Assembly (NCBI GenBank): GCA_017654855.1
Contig: JAFMPO010000001.1
Location: 868,001-932,000, forward strand
Direction of reading: 5' to 3'
From: Podospora anserina
Taxonomy: Eukaryota
DNA length: 64,000 bases
Positions 12,738 through 23,954 of this stretch are shown one piece after another. Under the pieces are notes generated by a model. The model had not been told where the DNA came from, did not search any database, and was given only the letters and a program-made list of their open reading frames with translations. The translations under genes were made by a program, and so were the position numbers. The first letter of the stretch is position 1, and each line of letters starts with the position of its first letter.

Positions 12738-14751
12738 CTACCCCATAGCCGTATCCACAACCTCCAGCCTCTCCAGCTCGTGACCAAGCTGACCAGCCAG
12801 CATTCTTGCCACCGGGTGTGTCTGACTGAACCTTTGCAACATGTCAAAGAGATAAACAACATTGGCCCTGCTGCCCTCAAAGCGGGTAAGCGCAAAGTCT
12901 TCAAGAAACACCAGCGATGCAATGTACGTTGCGTAGCCCTGGATCGGGTTCTTCAGTGCCTCGGTCAAGTCCTCCTCTCTGATTGATCGGATGATGGCGA
13001 TGACTTGCGCAGCTGCAGCAAGCAAGTTGCTCCGGCCCTGCGCCTTAACAAGCTTGCAGCGGTCCCCCGCCCTCCATCTTCGGCTGTTTTGCGTATTGCG
13101 GTCTTGTGAAGGCACATCAAGGCGGTACGTATCAGGACGTGGATAAAGATAGTATCTTGACACCCAATATTGGCAGGGAGGCGGAGATCTTGGGGTAAGC
13201 TGATGAGGAGGGCAAGCAGATCATTGCCAACGTCTTGCTGTTGAGCCCAATAAGATTCTAGGTTGTGCTCGCCCTGCGCCTCTGGCCGAGGCTCGGTAGT
13301 CTCCAAGTCCACAACTCGATAAAAGAGATGAGCTGCGAGAGCACGTGCTCCCAGACGCGAAACGGGTGGTAACCTCTCTCGCAATGCATGGTGTAAAGTG
13401 TTTGTGTGTTCTTGAGGCATCTCCTCGCCACCGCTCGTGAAGGCTTCCTCTGGTTTAGGAAGCAGCGTGTGCACCATCCGGTCGTCAATAATGGAAGGCA
13501 ACGCTGAGGTTGCGAAAACTAACCGGTCTGCAGAGTAAATCACCCACCAGGTTCTGCGGCGCTCCTCCATCTCAATCCAGTCGAGGTGTCGCGAAGACGG
13601 CGGCTCGAGATGAGACTGAAACAGAGATGGTGGCTGTGGACCTCTGTCGAGTTGGTGCAGATTCAGGATCGCTCAGATCCTGATACTCTTCCCCAGGCTG
13701 AGGGAAGCGCGAGAAAACAGTGTGTTTTGAGCCTCGAAGCTGGCCATGAGCACCCAGCATTGGGCATGGGCTAACATGAATGCATTTGGTTCCTGGCCTT
13801 CTGTTAGTTGGGGAGTTCCACGGCCGAGATGCAGGTAAAGCTGACCTTGGCTTCATCCTGCTCGGCAAGTTTGCGAGCACGACGGTACAAAGACATGGCT
13901 AGGGAGGCATGTGAAGGGTCGGTACTCGCTCCAGTTGCCATGATCACCAATTGGAGGAACAAAGGTGGCTGACGAGAAGCAACATCTGATCGCAAGGATT
14001 CTAAGTAGCGAGAAGGGTGTATCATCGGGGAACAGTGATAGCCATTTTTGAAGTATAAAGTGGTACTGTAGGCTAGGTTGTTAGCCATTTGGATCACATT
14101 TGGCACTACAAGAGATGCGCAGCACTGACAGTTCCTCAATCAAGTCGCGTGACAATGGGGCATCGTCTAGCTCCGTAAGTTCCAGTTCGCTATTGGCAAG
14201 CCAGTCAGCCAGCTGTTGACGTTGGTGACTTCGAGGCTCTCCGACATCTCGTCCTTCCTGAATCGTAGCCTCGCTCAGCCATGATTGGTCCGCACTTGAC
14301 GCCACGGGGGAAGAATAGACGACATTCGACGAGACGGCTGTTCTGACCGTCTGCGGTGAATTGCAACGGTCTGCATCAGCCGAATGTCTGATTGTTCTGA
14401 GCTGGTCCTCGAGTTGGACTGGTGTGCGCGATGGCGGTTGTTAACACAATGGTTCGGAGAGGTCGCATTGTCCGACAATGTCCAATGAGAGGCTCACTTA
14501 CACAATTTAGCTTCCAGATCGCGAACCTGCTTCCGCTTGCCCTGGCCTGACTTTCTGGAACTTGGATAAACGCAATCATTACGCAGGCTCGTACATCGAC
14601 GGCAAAATGGTAGGTTCCGGTCACATTTTTGCTTTCTATCGCGACACGATGTGCATGATAGCCGGGCCAAAGAAGTTGTGGATGTTGGGATCGCTGTGTC
14701 GGTAGGATGCTCAGAGTCGTCCATGAGCGTCGGCGCAGCAGCGGAACCCAT
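12738..14751 (-). pseudogene. Zn(II)2Cys6 transcription factor with fungal-specific TF (middle homology) domain, containing a premature stop and a frameshift
   Basis: SCTSCRDRKQKCDRNLPFCRRCTSLRNDCVYP zinc cluster; three predicted introns; LAHAQCWVL and EERRRTWWVIYSADR motifs. An in-frame TGA lies at 13675-13673 (KSIRI*AILNLHQLD), and the frame changes near 13040-13070 before RSNLLAAAAQVIAII. Confidence 0.85.
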
Positions 14752-15405
14752 CGGACTTTCCCAGATGATTTACATATACGTGACCTCCTGGAGCAGTCGG
14801 CACTCGAAATTTCCGGCGATGACTATGGCAAACGATCAGAAGACTACAAGGAGTGTCTGAACAATAATTGTCGGCGTCTCGGGACGTTTGTCCGCAAGCA
14901 CAGACCAAACTGCCGAGGAGCCTGCCTTAACCCTAACCTGAATTCTTTGCACGTTTTTGAAAACCACTGGGAGAAGGAAAGCAATGATGGCATGGTATTT
15001 TGAACCGACTATTTCCTCATGTTTATGTGTGCTTTCCGTATCTTTTCAATTTGCATATATAGTCTGGGAGGAAAGAAGGGTGGGAAGGCCCCATCTAGAC
15101 TTTATGGCCTCTTGGGATACTTGATTCTTGTGGCTTTGAGGTTGTGGAAAGGCATCAACAGAAGTCCAAGACCCTTCAAAAGAAATTACGGCCTTGGAAG
15201 ACATCTGAAAGACGACTCGGGGCTGTTGTCTCTTGTCCTTGGGGAAACTGGCTGGTCCCTGGATGAGGAAGATGGATATTGAGATAAGATGCAGCATGTC
15301 AGGGGTTCAATGCGGGGCAGAGCGCGGGGCATGTTTTCCATCTGAAGCCCCAAACACAGACAACTTGACTCTCGACAAAAACCCACAACAACCAACGACC
15401 TCACC

Positions 15406-16472
15406 ATGTCCACACAAGCAGAGACCAAAGCCAAAGCCGAGGCACTCGTGCCAAAGTTCAAGTTCGAAAAGCTTCTGAATCAAGGTGTGTGCTTCGTATT
15501 ACTCTCTACCATATCCACTTCCGCTATTCAACCACGTCCTAACCACACACAACCTCAGACCAAGCAGGCCGCCGAACCTCCCTCCTCGGCACAATCGACT
15601 CTCTCCCCGCCCTCCTCATCCTCGAGCGTGCCCCCTTCCCATCCTCCCCCGATTACCTCGCCTCAGTCCCGACCACCCTCCAAACTCTCAAGAACCTAGG
15701 TGCTAATGACATCTACCACTGGTACCTCGCCAATTCCTCATCCCAGAACCCATCCGACGAGACGGCCGACCTCAAGATCAACCTCATCCACCCCTGCACC
15801 GAAAAGCACATCAAGAAATACTCCAAACAGGGCGTCCGTCTCGTCTCCGAAACACCGCAAATCTACCTCGAGCGTGTCAGGCCGTACATGCAAGCCCAGC
15901 GCGACGCCGGCCGTCTGAACTGGGTGTTCAATATTGTTGAAGGGAGGACCGAGGTCGAGGATGTCATCTACCGCACACCGTTCGATGCCGCTTCCCTCAA
16001 CGAAGAAGGGTTCTTGTTGCTGCCCGACCTGAACTGGGACCGTCAGACCCTCGATGCGCTGCACTTGCTGGGTCTGGTGGAGAGAAGAGACATTTGGTCC
16101 TTGCGCGATCTGAAAAAGAAACACATCCCTTGGCTGAACCACATGAAGGAGAAGTTCATCGAGGCAACGACAAAGGTGTACCCATCCATCGAGGCTGACC
16201 AGCTGAAACTCTATGTCCACTATCAGCCCACATATTACCACTTTCATATTCACATTGTGCACGTGCAGCTCGAGGCGGGCGCCACGCAGGCGACGGGTAA
16301 GGCGGTTGGATTAGATTGCATTATATCGCAGTTGGAGATGATGGGTGGCGGGGACGAAGCGGGCATGGACCGGGCTACAATGAGCTACACTCTGGGCGAG
16401 GCCAGCGATCTGTGGGTCGAGGTGTTCGAGCCGCTCAAGCGCGCCGGTGGTAAAGCTTCTCAATCGCAATGA
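15406..16472 (+). CDS. DCS1: Scavenger mRNA decapping enzyme DcpS (m7GpppX diphosphatase, HIT family)
   Basis: Exons 15406-15484 and 15559-16472. Motifs NDIYHWY, PCTEKHIKKY, GRLNWVFNI, LLPDLNWD, SLRDL and the HIT motif HYQPTYYHFHIH. Confidence 0.95.
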
Positions 16473-17459
16473 CGAGGTCATTGACGCTGGAGCCGTGGGG
16501 GCATTCCTTCCACTGGCCGTTATCGCGGACGCAGTAGATCTCCTCGTTGAGGCGGACGGTGCAGCTCTTCGTCACGCCGGCCGCCGAGGTTCTCCTGACG
16601 CTGCTTCTGAGCATACCCATCCCATAGGCGCCATCATCCTTGGTGGCGCACTCGTTGAGCTTGTCAAAGTCGATGGCATGCTCGAGGGCGCAGTCCTCGA
16701 TCAAACCGCGCTGGGGGATGTGGCGGTAGTCCTTGGTTAAGCACATGACGAACCCGAGATAGGTCTTGGGGTCTGGGTAAAGGCTTTGGGCGCAGAGCTC
16801 AATGATGTTGCCGAGGCCTGGAGACATTGCCTGTTAGTCTTTGGCGCGCTAGATGTTTAGCACAAGGGTAAACCTACACTCCTCTGCGCCATGCTTGCAA
16901 GCCACTCCGTCATCGTGTTCGGTTGGTCTGTGGTACACTGTGTCAGGGTCTGTCCATCAAGGTGCGCATGCCACAAACGGTGGGGCAAATAGGGGGGGGG
17001 TGGAGGTGTAGCGTACCGGCCGATGAACGAGAGGGTAAAGTTGACCTTGTCGAGAGTCTTTTGCATGACGGGGAGAACGAGGTCGCGGAGGCAGTCCTAT
17101 ACCGGAGACAAGGGGTTAGCCGCTGAGCTGAGTTTCCACGTCGACATCAAAGCAAACAATACCTTCGCATCAGGGCACTTGGACATGATATGCGCCTCAA
17201 GAGGAACCAACCCCCTTCTGACGCTAGGCTCCACCATCTTGATCACCGTCTCAGGCGCCGAGGGTTGCTGAGCGGCATGGTGATGGGCGGTGTGTGAGTG
17301 AAGCGGGTGGTTTGGGTTCTGCTGGAAGAAGCAGTAGATGAATCCGACAACGACAAGATATGCGACAGCGAGAAGGAAGCGTCCTGGGCTGAGGCCGCGA
17401 CGCGGTGGGATGAGCGGCATTCCGGGGTTGCCAGCGGGGTATTTCTCGTCCATCCCCAT
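16435..17459 (-). CDS. GILT-like (gamma-interferon-inducible lysosomal thiol reductase family) membrane-anchored protein
   Basis: Exons 17459-17163, 17096-17017, 16927-16878 and 16817-16435. One N-terminal TM helix, VPLEAHIMSKCPDAKDC, and the signature CKHGAEECLGNIIELCA. Confidence 0.9.
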
Positions 17460-18455
17460 CTTTGGTGGTGATGTTGATGAGATGATGTATACAAAAAAGA
17501 TGCAAGATAACGGATATGGTTGCAGGTGATTTGGGTTGCGGCGCAGTGCAGGCTGGTGGTTGTCTTGGCTGAGGATGCGAGGGGAGAAGAAGAAAACTGG
17601 ACTGGACGCCAAGTGCCAAGGTTGGGGTTTTTGGAGAGCTACTGATGTGGGGTGGTTTAGCTGTTGAGACTTGCAGTTGTCAGTTAGTCAAGACGGGATG
17701 TTCTGGTTGATGGAAGTGCTTGACATCAAGATACTGGAGAGATGCCACCAACCCGAGTCGCATCACGAAGCTAGGTATCCGGAAGTCTGGAGGCTGACAC
17801 GGGCCAATGGAGCTCAATCATGTGAACCAGCGGACGTGGATCCGGCAAACTCCCCTTTCCCACGGGCGGCATTCCAGCGTTCCACATCTCTCCACTTGCC
17901 CTGATCATCCATCAACTCCACAAACGACTGTGGAACATCTATTTGCGAAATATAAGATACCTTCATTCGATCGGTATAATGAAGAATTTCAAAATAACAA
18001 TTCGTAGAGGCTTCGCGCTTTCCCAGCGGCTTGACAGTTCGAAATCCATGTGTGGGGATCACTACTCCATAACTTGGTGAAGCAACTTCGCCGGCTGCTT
18101 GCGGCTTAAGGATATCTTCAATTTCCAACATCAGATGGCAGACTATTTAGTCGTGATATCGTTGGGGATCATATCCTCGATCCTTTTACATTTAATAACC
18201 ATTGGAGTTGACATTTTTCATCTTAACTACTTCTGATATATCACTTTTAAGATAACCCCAGAGGTTAAGGGGGTGGCTGAGAGTTTGTTCATAATACTAC
18301 AGGGTTAGGGTTTCTATCCCCTAGTCTTCACCCCTTTTCAGTGACAGTGACTCACTTACAACTCCTCATCCATTCTCCAATAAATAGTCTCATTGCAACT
18401 CTCATCGATGAAGATATTTTTAATCTTCAAATAAACATATTTATTATCAAACTTT

Positions 18456-19216
18456 ATGTCACAAGCCAGTTACGATGTCCCCCTCCCGCAAGCTCATCTC
18501 CTCCGGCTCCCCGTTCGAGGCTCGGATCGGGTACTCCCGAGCTGTAGTCCAGGGTGACATGGTTTTTGTATCTGGATGTACTGGGTAAGATAGTTTTGTT
18601 TTTTTGTAGTACAGTATCTTTGTCACATTAACACATTACCACATTACCACATTACCACATTACCACATTACCACATTACCACATTACCACATTACCACAT
18701 TACCACATTACCACATTACCACATTACCACATTACCACATTACCACATTACCACATTACCACATCAACACACACATTCTCACATTACCACATCAACACAT
18801 TACCACTTTTACCATTTCACCTACCTCCCTGTCCAAACTTTCCACCGTTCACATACTAACCACGGCATGTCGTCAGCTACGACTACAAAACAGGCCTCAT
18901 CTCCCCCAACGTCGTCGACCAAGCAGAGCAAACCTTTCAAAACATCGCCGCTGCCTTGGCCGAAGCAGGCGCTGGGATGCAGGATGTTGTGAGAGTGAGA
19001 TACATCCTGCCAGACAGGAAAGACTTTGAAAGCACCTGGTTGGTCTTGCAATTCCCTTCTTGGAAACTGCAGAGGTTAAGCAACTGACAGAAAAGCAGGC
19101 CTGTGCTCCAAAAGTGGCTGGGCAATGTGAGACCTGCCGCTACCATGATCCAGGCTGGGTTGATGGAGGAGGTGATGAAGATTGAAGTTGAAGTCACCGC
19201 CAAAATAGACAGGTAA
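18456..19216 (+). CDS. RidA/YjgF/YER057c/UK114 family protein (absent from the ORF track)
   Basis: Exons 18456-18584, 18877-19038 and 19099-19216 splice to MSQASYDVPSRKLISSGSPFEARIGYSRAVVQGDMVFVSGCTGYDY..VVDQAEQTFQNI..MQDVVRVRYIL..RPAATMIQAGL..KIEVEVTAKIDR. Confidence 0.93.
18623..18815. repeat. Octamer tandem array (ACATTACC)n inside RidA intron 1
   Basis: About 16 perfect units at 18633-18760 with degenerate units on both flanks. Confidence 0.97.
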
Positions 19217-19337
19217 AGACGTTGCTAGCAGAGCGCATTAAACCAAAAGAATTACGGAAAAGTCCATGCCCAAGTCCATCCGAAAACTCCAAGCTCTTTC
19301 CTACAAATGGGTATCGTCATTACGTCGGTCATTACCA

Positions 19338-20714
19338 TTACTTGGAAACCCCCTTACCCGGCGCGTCAACGACCACCACCAGTTCCCCGTTACCCCCCTG
19401 GCCAGCCACCGTCCCGTCCCCGGCCCTCTCATTCTGCAAGACCTCCTCCACCACCCGCTCTCCACTGACTGCCTCCCCGTCCGCCTCCCCTTCCTTCTTC
19501 TCCCCCTCCCCCTCAGCCTCTTCTTTCTCCTTCTTCTCCCTCTCCTCTCTGCCTCGTTTATGACAATACCACAGCACAAACAGCAACAGGAAAACAGCCA
19601 CGCTCCACAACGCGCTTGTTCCCGCCAACATGGGAAACTTGGTCTTGAGCGCATTCAAGATGGCCTTGAGCATGGTCTTGATCAACGCTGGGGTGAGCGC
19701 CAAATCACTCAGGTTCTTTGGCATAAAGAACTTGGCTGCCCCCTTCAACCCCTCGTCAGCATTAATCCTGGATTTATCCAGCCCCTGCGCTTCCGCGGCC
19801 ATGGCTAGAATTTCCGGGGCAAGGCTAGAGGTGAGCTTCTTGGGAAGCTGAGTCACTAGCTTCTGGAGAGACGAAGGCAGCTTCTCAAAGGTCTTGGTGA
19901 GGATGTCATTCCGGCCGTCGAGGAGGGAGACAAGGTCGTCAACTGCTGTGGGGACACCGTTGGCGAGATCCTTGAGAATTTGGACAAACGGCCGAACCAA
20001 TAGGTCTTTTGCGTCTGAAGAGATGGAGCCCGAAGACGACAGGTTGAGCTTGTCTAACAAGCGAGAGAGGTCGGCCCATTCCTTCTCGGCCGATTCCGGC
20101 TTGGTTGTGCCCTCGGTCCCGGGAACGGCGAGATTGTCCGGGGTTGACGAACCCTGCTTCTTGGAGCGCGTGAACATGCGGGACAGGCGCGATGGCTTCT
20201 TCTCCTTCGACTTGGTGTTCTGGTTATCCTTTCCATCAGCCTTTGTATCTGCCGCGTCGATAACAATCTCCTCTGGCCCAGAAGGAGACTCTTGTTCTGG
20301 CGCCTTGGGTATCGTTGCCAGCTCGGTATTCTTGTCCTTCAACACCAGAGCCGTATCGTTGGGGTTGGAGGCCGAGCTGGCGCCGAACAGCTGGAACGTC
20401 TCGCTCTTGTCATCCCAATCCCACGTCAACTCGGGGGTTTTCGATCGAGGCGGCAGCGCCGGCCGAGGTCCCTCTTCCTCCTCCGCGTCAAAGCCAGTGC
20501 GCGCAACGAGTCGCTCGAGAAACTGCTCATCCTCGTCGTCGAGGATGGGAGCCACTGGGATTCGCTTGCCGTTGTCGTCGGATGAAAGCGACGATACTGA
20601 AACCCGGGGAGCGGCCGATGGCGTCAAGACGACTTTCGCGTTGCCATCACCACCCTCCTCGGCCTTCTTCTCCTTCTCCTTTGACTTTTGCCTCCATGGA
20701 AAATGCGGAGCCAT
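19338..20714 (-). CDS. Uncharacterised fungal protein with a single C-terminal TM helix
   Basis: Long intronless ORF with probable ATG at 20714 (MAPHFPWRQK). Globular core FVQILKDLANGVPTAVDDL..LPSSLQKLV, then TM LWSVAVFLLLFVLWYCHKRGRE. Confidence 0.85.
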   Translation of the reverse strand: MAPHFPWRQKSKEKEKKAEEGGDGNAKVVLTPSAAPRVSVSSLSSDDNGKRIPVAPILDDEDEQFLERLVARTGFDAEEEEGPRPALPPRSKTPELTWDWDDKSETFQLFGASSASNPNDTALVLKDKNTELATIPKAPEQESPSGPEEIVIDAADTKADGKDNQNTKSKEKKPSRLSRMFTRSKKQGSSTPDNLAVPGTEGTTKPESAEKEWADLSRLLDKLNLSSSGSISSDAKDLLVRPFVQILKDLANGVPTAVDDLVSLLDGRNDILTKTFEKLPSSLQKLVTQLPKKLTSSLAPEILAMAAEAQGLDKSRINADEGLKGAAKFFMPKNLSDLALTPALIKTMLKAILNALKTKFPMLAGTSALWSVAVFLLLFVLWYCHKRGREEREKKEKEEAEGEGEKKEGEADGEAVSGERVVEEVLQNERAGDGTVAGQGGNGELVVVVDAPGKGVSK

Positions 20715-21102
20715 GTGTGCGGTTGCGTGTACGTGGTGAGTTGCACTGGGATGACGTCTTGGCGTCAGTGGTGAGGGGCGGGGTTGGAGGGGAAGCTTTG
20801 GTGCCCGTGCTGTTGCGTTTGCTCGCACTTTGGCTGAGGAAAGGCGCGGCTCCGGGTTGAAACGCTTCACATGCAGATTCGAGATCAGATGAACTCGAGC
20901 TGCTGCAGTTGACGTCTGGGTTTATTTCCAGGTCTTTCCAAGCTTCCGGTTTCACTATAGGTAGGGGGTTCGTTAGAGTCGGCAGGAGGCCGCTTCGGAA
21001 CAGACCAGCGGGAGATCTCAATCGAGATGTGCACAGCCACAGGGTGATGTCATGCAATTGGGTATCATCAAGAATTCTATCTATGTAAATCAAAAAAAAA
21101 AA

Positions 21103-22071
21103 TCAGTCTTCAGCCTCTTCCTCGCCTGCATCTTCGGCGACCTCACTACGTCTCCCGCGTCTTCCGGCTCTTGATCTTTGGAATGCCGACCTGGATGTGA
21201 TGGCCCTTTCCCCCACAAACTGAGATCCATCCCACTCCGTCTGACACTTCGGACACTTCCGGTCCGGCCTGGTCCTCCAAAAGTTGCCCTCGCAAACATC
21301 GTGCAGGCGAATTGTGCAGTCCACATTGTTACACCGCTGTCCGTGCGTCACGATCTCCTTGCACGCCTCGCAGAACTTAATATGCTGCCACTCTTCTTCT
21401 TCGTCGTTGTAGGTGGCAACAAGCCAGGACCACAGCTCAACCAGGGCTCTCGTGCTTAGGCTGTAAAACCCGTCCCTGCTCTTCTCCAACCACCCCTCGG
21501 CTACCAGGTTCGATAGTAGCGCGAGCACTTCGGAGTGTTTGAGTCCCCGAGTGGCTGACTGACTGCCTTCCGCATCCTCACCATTGGCGCCGTTGACATG
21601 TCCATTCCCCATACTTTGCCGAGAGGGGCGTGATACCTTCAGTGCCTGTCCCTCATCCACAGCCATGACCTCCATGCGGGGCGTGTTGTACGTCTCAAAC
21701 ATGGCGTCGAGCAGCCTCTTGATGTATGCTACCTCTTCGGCCGAATGGACAGTGGCCATCTGGCTGGCTGGGTCGCTCTGGGTGTTGTAAAAAACCCAGA
21801 CACGCTCGTCTCGGACTTGATCGCGCATATAGCGGATGTCATAGTCCAATGGCTCCACGGCCTCTCTCGCAGTTCGGATGGCATCTGTAAACTGGTCCAG
21901 AGTGATGGTGTCCGGGTCAACGGGCTCAAAGGTGGTCTTTGACTTGAGCTCGGCCAGCAGTTTCTTGCCTTGTTTCAGCGTGAGAGTGCCTTGTGCCATG
22001 AAGTTTTGAAGAAAAGAACGGTGGAGGTCATTGTACCCGGCTGGAAGAGGTGGCTCCCAGTCGATCTCCAT
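21103..22071 (-). CDS. NSE1: Smc5/6 complex non-SMC element 1 (Nse1) with C-terminal RING-like domain
   Basis: YNDLHRSFLQNFMA, LVAEGWLEKS..FYSLSTRALVEL and C-terminal CEACKEIVTHGQRC..C..RLHDVC..CPKC..W. Confidence 0.92.
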   Translation of the reverse strand: MEIDWEPPLPAGYNDLHRSFLQNFMAQGTLTLKQGKKLLAELKSKTTFEPVDPDTITLDQFTDAIRTAREAVEPLDYDIRYMRDQVRDERVWVFYNTQSDPASQMATVHSAEEVAYIKRLLDAMFETYNTPRMEVMAVDEGQALKVSRPSRQSMGNGHVNGANGEDAEGSQSATRGLKHSEVLALLSNLVAEGWLEKSRDGFYSLSTRALVELWSWLVATYNDEEEEWQHIKFCEACKEIVTHGQRCNNVDCTIRLHDVCEGNFWRTRPDRKCPKCQTEWDGSQFVGERAITSRSAFQRSRAGRRGRRSEVAEDAGEEEAED

Positions 22072-23954
22072 GATGAAGCACTGTAAGTAGAGTGGGCGTG
22101 GATTCGGTTGGTGGAAAGACGAGGTTGTCGTCTGTCGGCTTGTGAGAGAGAGAGAGACTGCAGTGCTGATGGAGTGGCGAGCTGCAGGTTTCCAAACGAC
22201 TGTAACCAGAGCGCGTTCTTCCCCGCGATTTTTGGCGTTGCGGGATGTCAGCCACGCCCTGCAAAAGTGGTTGCAGCGGACCGAATTGATGGCCTTACGA
22301 GGAAGGTGCACGGTCCATTTTGTCGGGCACGGGTCATATGCCTTTTCCATCAGCGCCATCAGCGCAATATTTCGAACCGAGCTCACCTCACCAACAACCA
22401 ACCCCCATTTTCACCCACGCCCACGGGCACAAGGGTCGGCTCTTCTCACTATCTCCCACTATCACAATCTAGACCTCCCTCTTTTGGAAAATCACAGGCT
22501 TCCAATCTTGCTCCAATCTTCTAATCCCGAAGCTTGAAGTTCTTGGTATCTCTTGTTCGACAGCTGTTTGAAGCAGCTGTTTCGGCACCCGCTTGTACCC
22601 GAGGTGCTGCCCCCGTTTCCACGTGGGTTCAAATCTCCGATACGCTGCTTTTTCTCCTCCCGCCCCTTCTACGATGGATCATCTAGTGTAGCCTCGACGG
22701 GATTACGGCACGCATGGCAAAGAGACCGATATTCTCCTCTTGTTCTCTTATCACACTCGTCACCTGCACTAGTAGACTGTCGTGCCTGTGTGGCTCAACT
22801 GCCGCGGCCACAGTCGTCCGATGTGTGCTCCTCAGATTGGGAACGGCTTCACCTCTAGCGTTTCGGAGAACGCCCCTCTTTTCGGAAACCGGTTGAGCGG
22901 CAGGGGGTTCGTGACATCGTCTCACGTTGGCAGGGGCGGCATCTCTCTTTTCCAGAGCTTGGCTCACCAGATCCCCTCACCCACAGCCTGTTTGGATCTC
23001 GGGCCATGGAGCTGTTATGGAGACAGGGTCTGGATTCACTTGACGTTCTGTTTCCACCTCTTTATCACGGTATCAACTGACACTTCCCTCAAGAGTTATC
23101 ATATCTCCACTACCGTCGTTCTCGAGTCTGGACTTTCGGGCTCGGCTCCAACTCCGTCGGAATCCACTCAAACCTCACATGCCAACCACCCGTTGAAGAA
23201 CAGAGTCGCAACAACAAGACGGATCTGCAGACTGCAGCCGACCCTCCTTCCTATATGCGTCTTCTTCACCCTTATGTCCTTCCTGCAAGGCCGGGGTTGC
23301 TTGCTGCTTCTGATCTCCGAACGTGAACAGGGTCGCGCCGGAGCAGACCAAATGCTTGTGATAAAGCTGCGGAGGAGCTACAATAAACGATCAAAGCGCT
23401 ACTCTCCACATCAAGCCACTAGTCCTCTTTCGCCATTCAGTTCTTGAAGGGCTTGCTTCTCGATAGCGTCTTTTGCAAATCACGAAGGCCCTGTTGGATT
23501 GCGCTCGGACGCTCGGATCTTGGTAGCGATACATCGCCCATCTCGTTCTCTCACAAAGCGCACCTGTAAGGGCACGACATCGCAATCGGCACGCAGCTTC
23601 CTGTAACCATATTCAGCTGCTCGCTTCTGGACCCTCCTCTCCCCCCTCAATCACCCCCGTTTCCACAGCTCCGTCTCTGGGCATGATGGGCAGGGCGAGA
23701 AGCTGGGTGTTTGGGCCTCTCCACGTTTTCCAGGGGTCACTGTGTCACGCTCACTGTCACCCAAGCTAGCCCGAGGCCATGGCTTTCTCAATTTATCCAC
23801 AAGATCCCCCTCCTTGGCGTCGCCCTGTCTGCATGATAACGCGTCTTGATCCCCAGTCTCAACCTTGGTCCTGGTGTTTGTTTCTTCTTTTTCTCCATTC
23901 CTGTGCAACCTCCAACCCCTTGACGTACCCGGCGCTGCCGACAACACCCTCAAG

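Noticed and set aside
13673-13675. Rescue of the TF premature TGA by A-to-I editing
   Set aside because: The A is preceded by G, whereas fungal editing favours U at -1, and a downstream frameshift would still break the protein.
18030-18055. GTTCGAAATCC as a tRNA T-loop
   Set aside because: No cloverleaf stems or A box could be built around it.
18633-18760. Tandem array as a CRISPR or telomeric repeat
   Set aside because: There are no spacers, the context is a eukaryotic intron, and the unit is not TTAGGG.
22072-22401. 110-codon N-terminal extension of Nse1 in the ORF track
   Set aside because: Starts at a non-ATG codon and lacks Nse1 features; ATG 22071 fits the family.
22782-23447. 221-aa ORF between NSE1 and the GPCR-like gene
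   Set aside because: Non-ATG start and no domain-like sequence; more likely promoter or UTR sequence.
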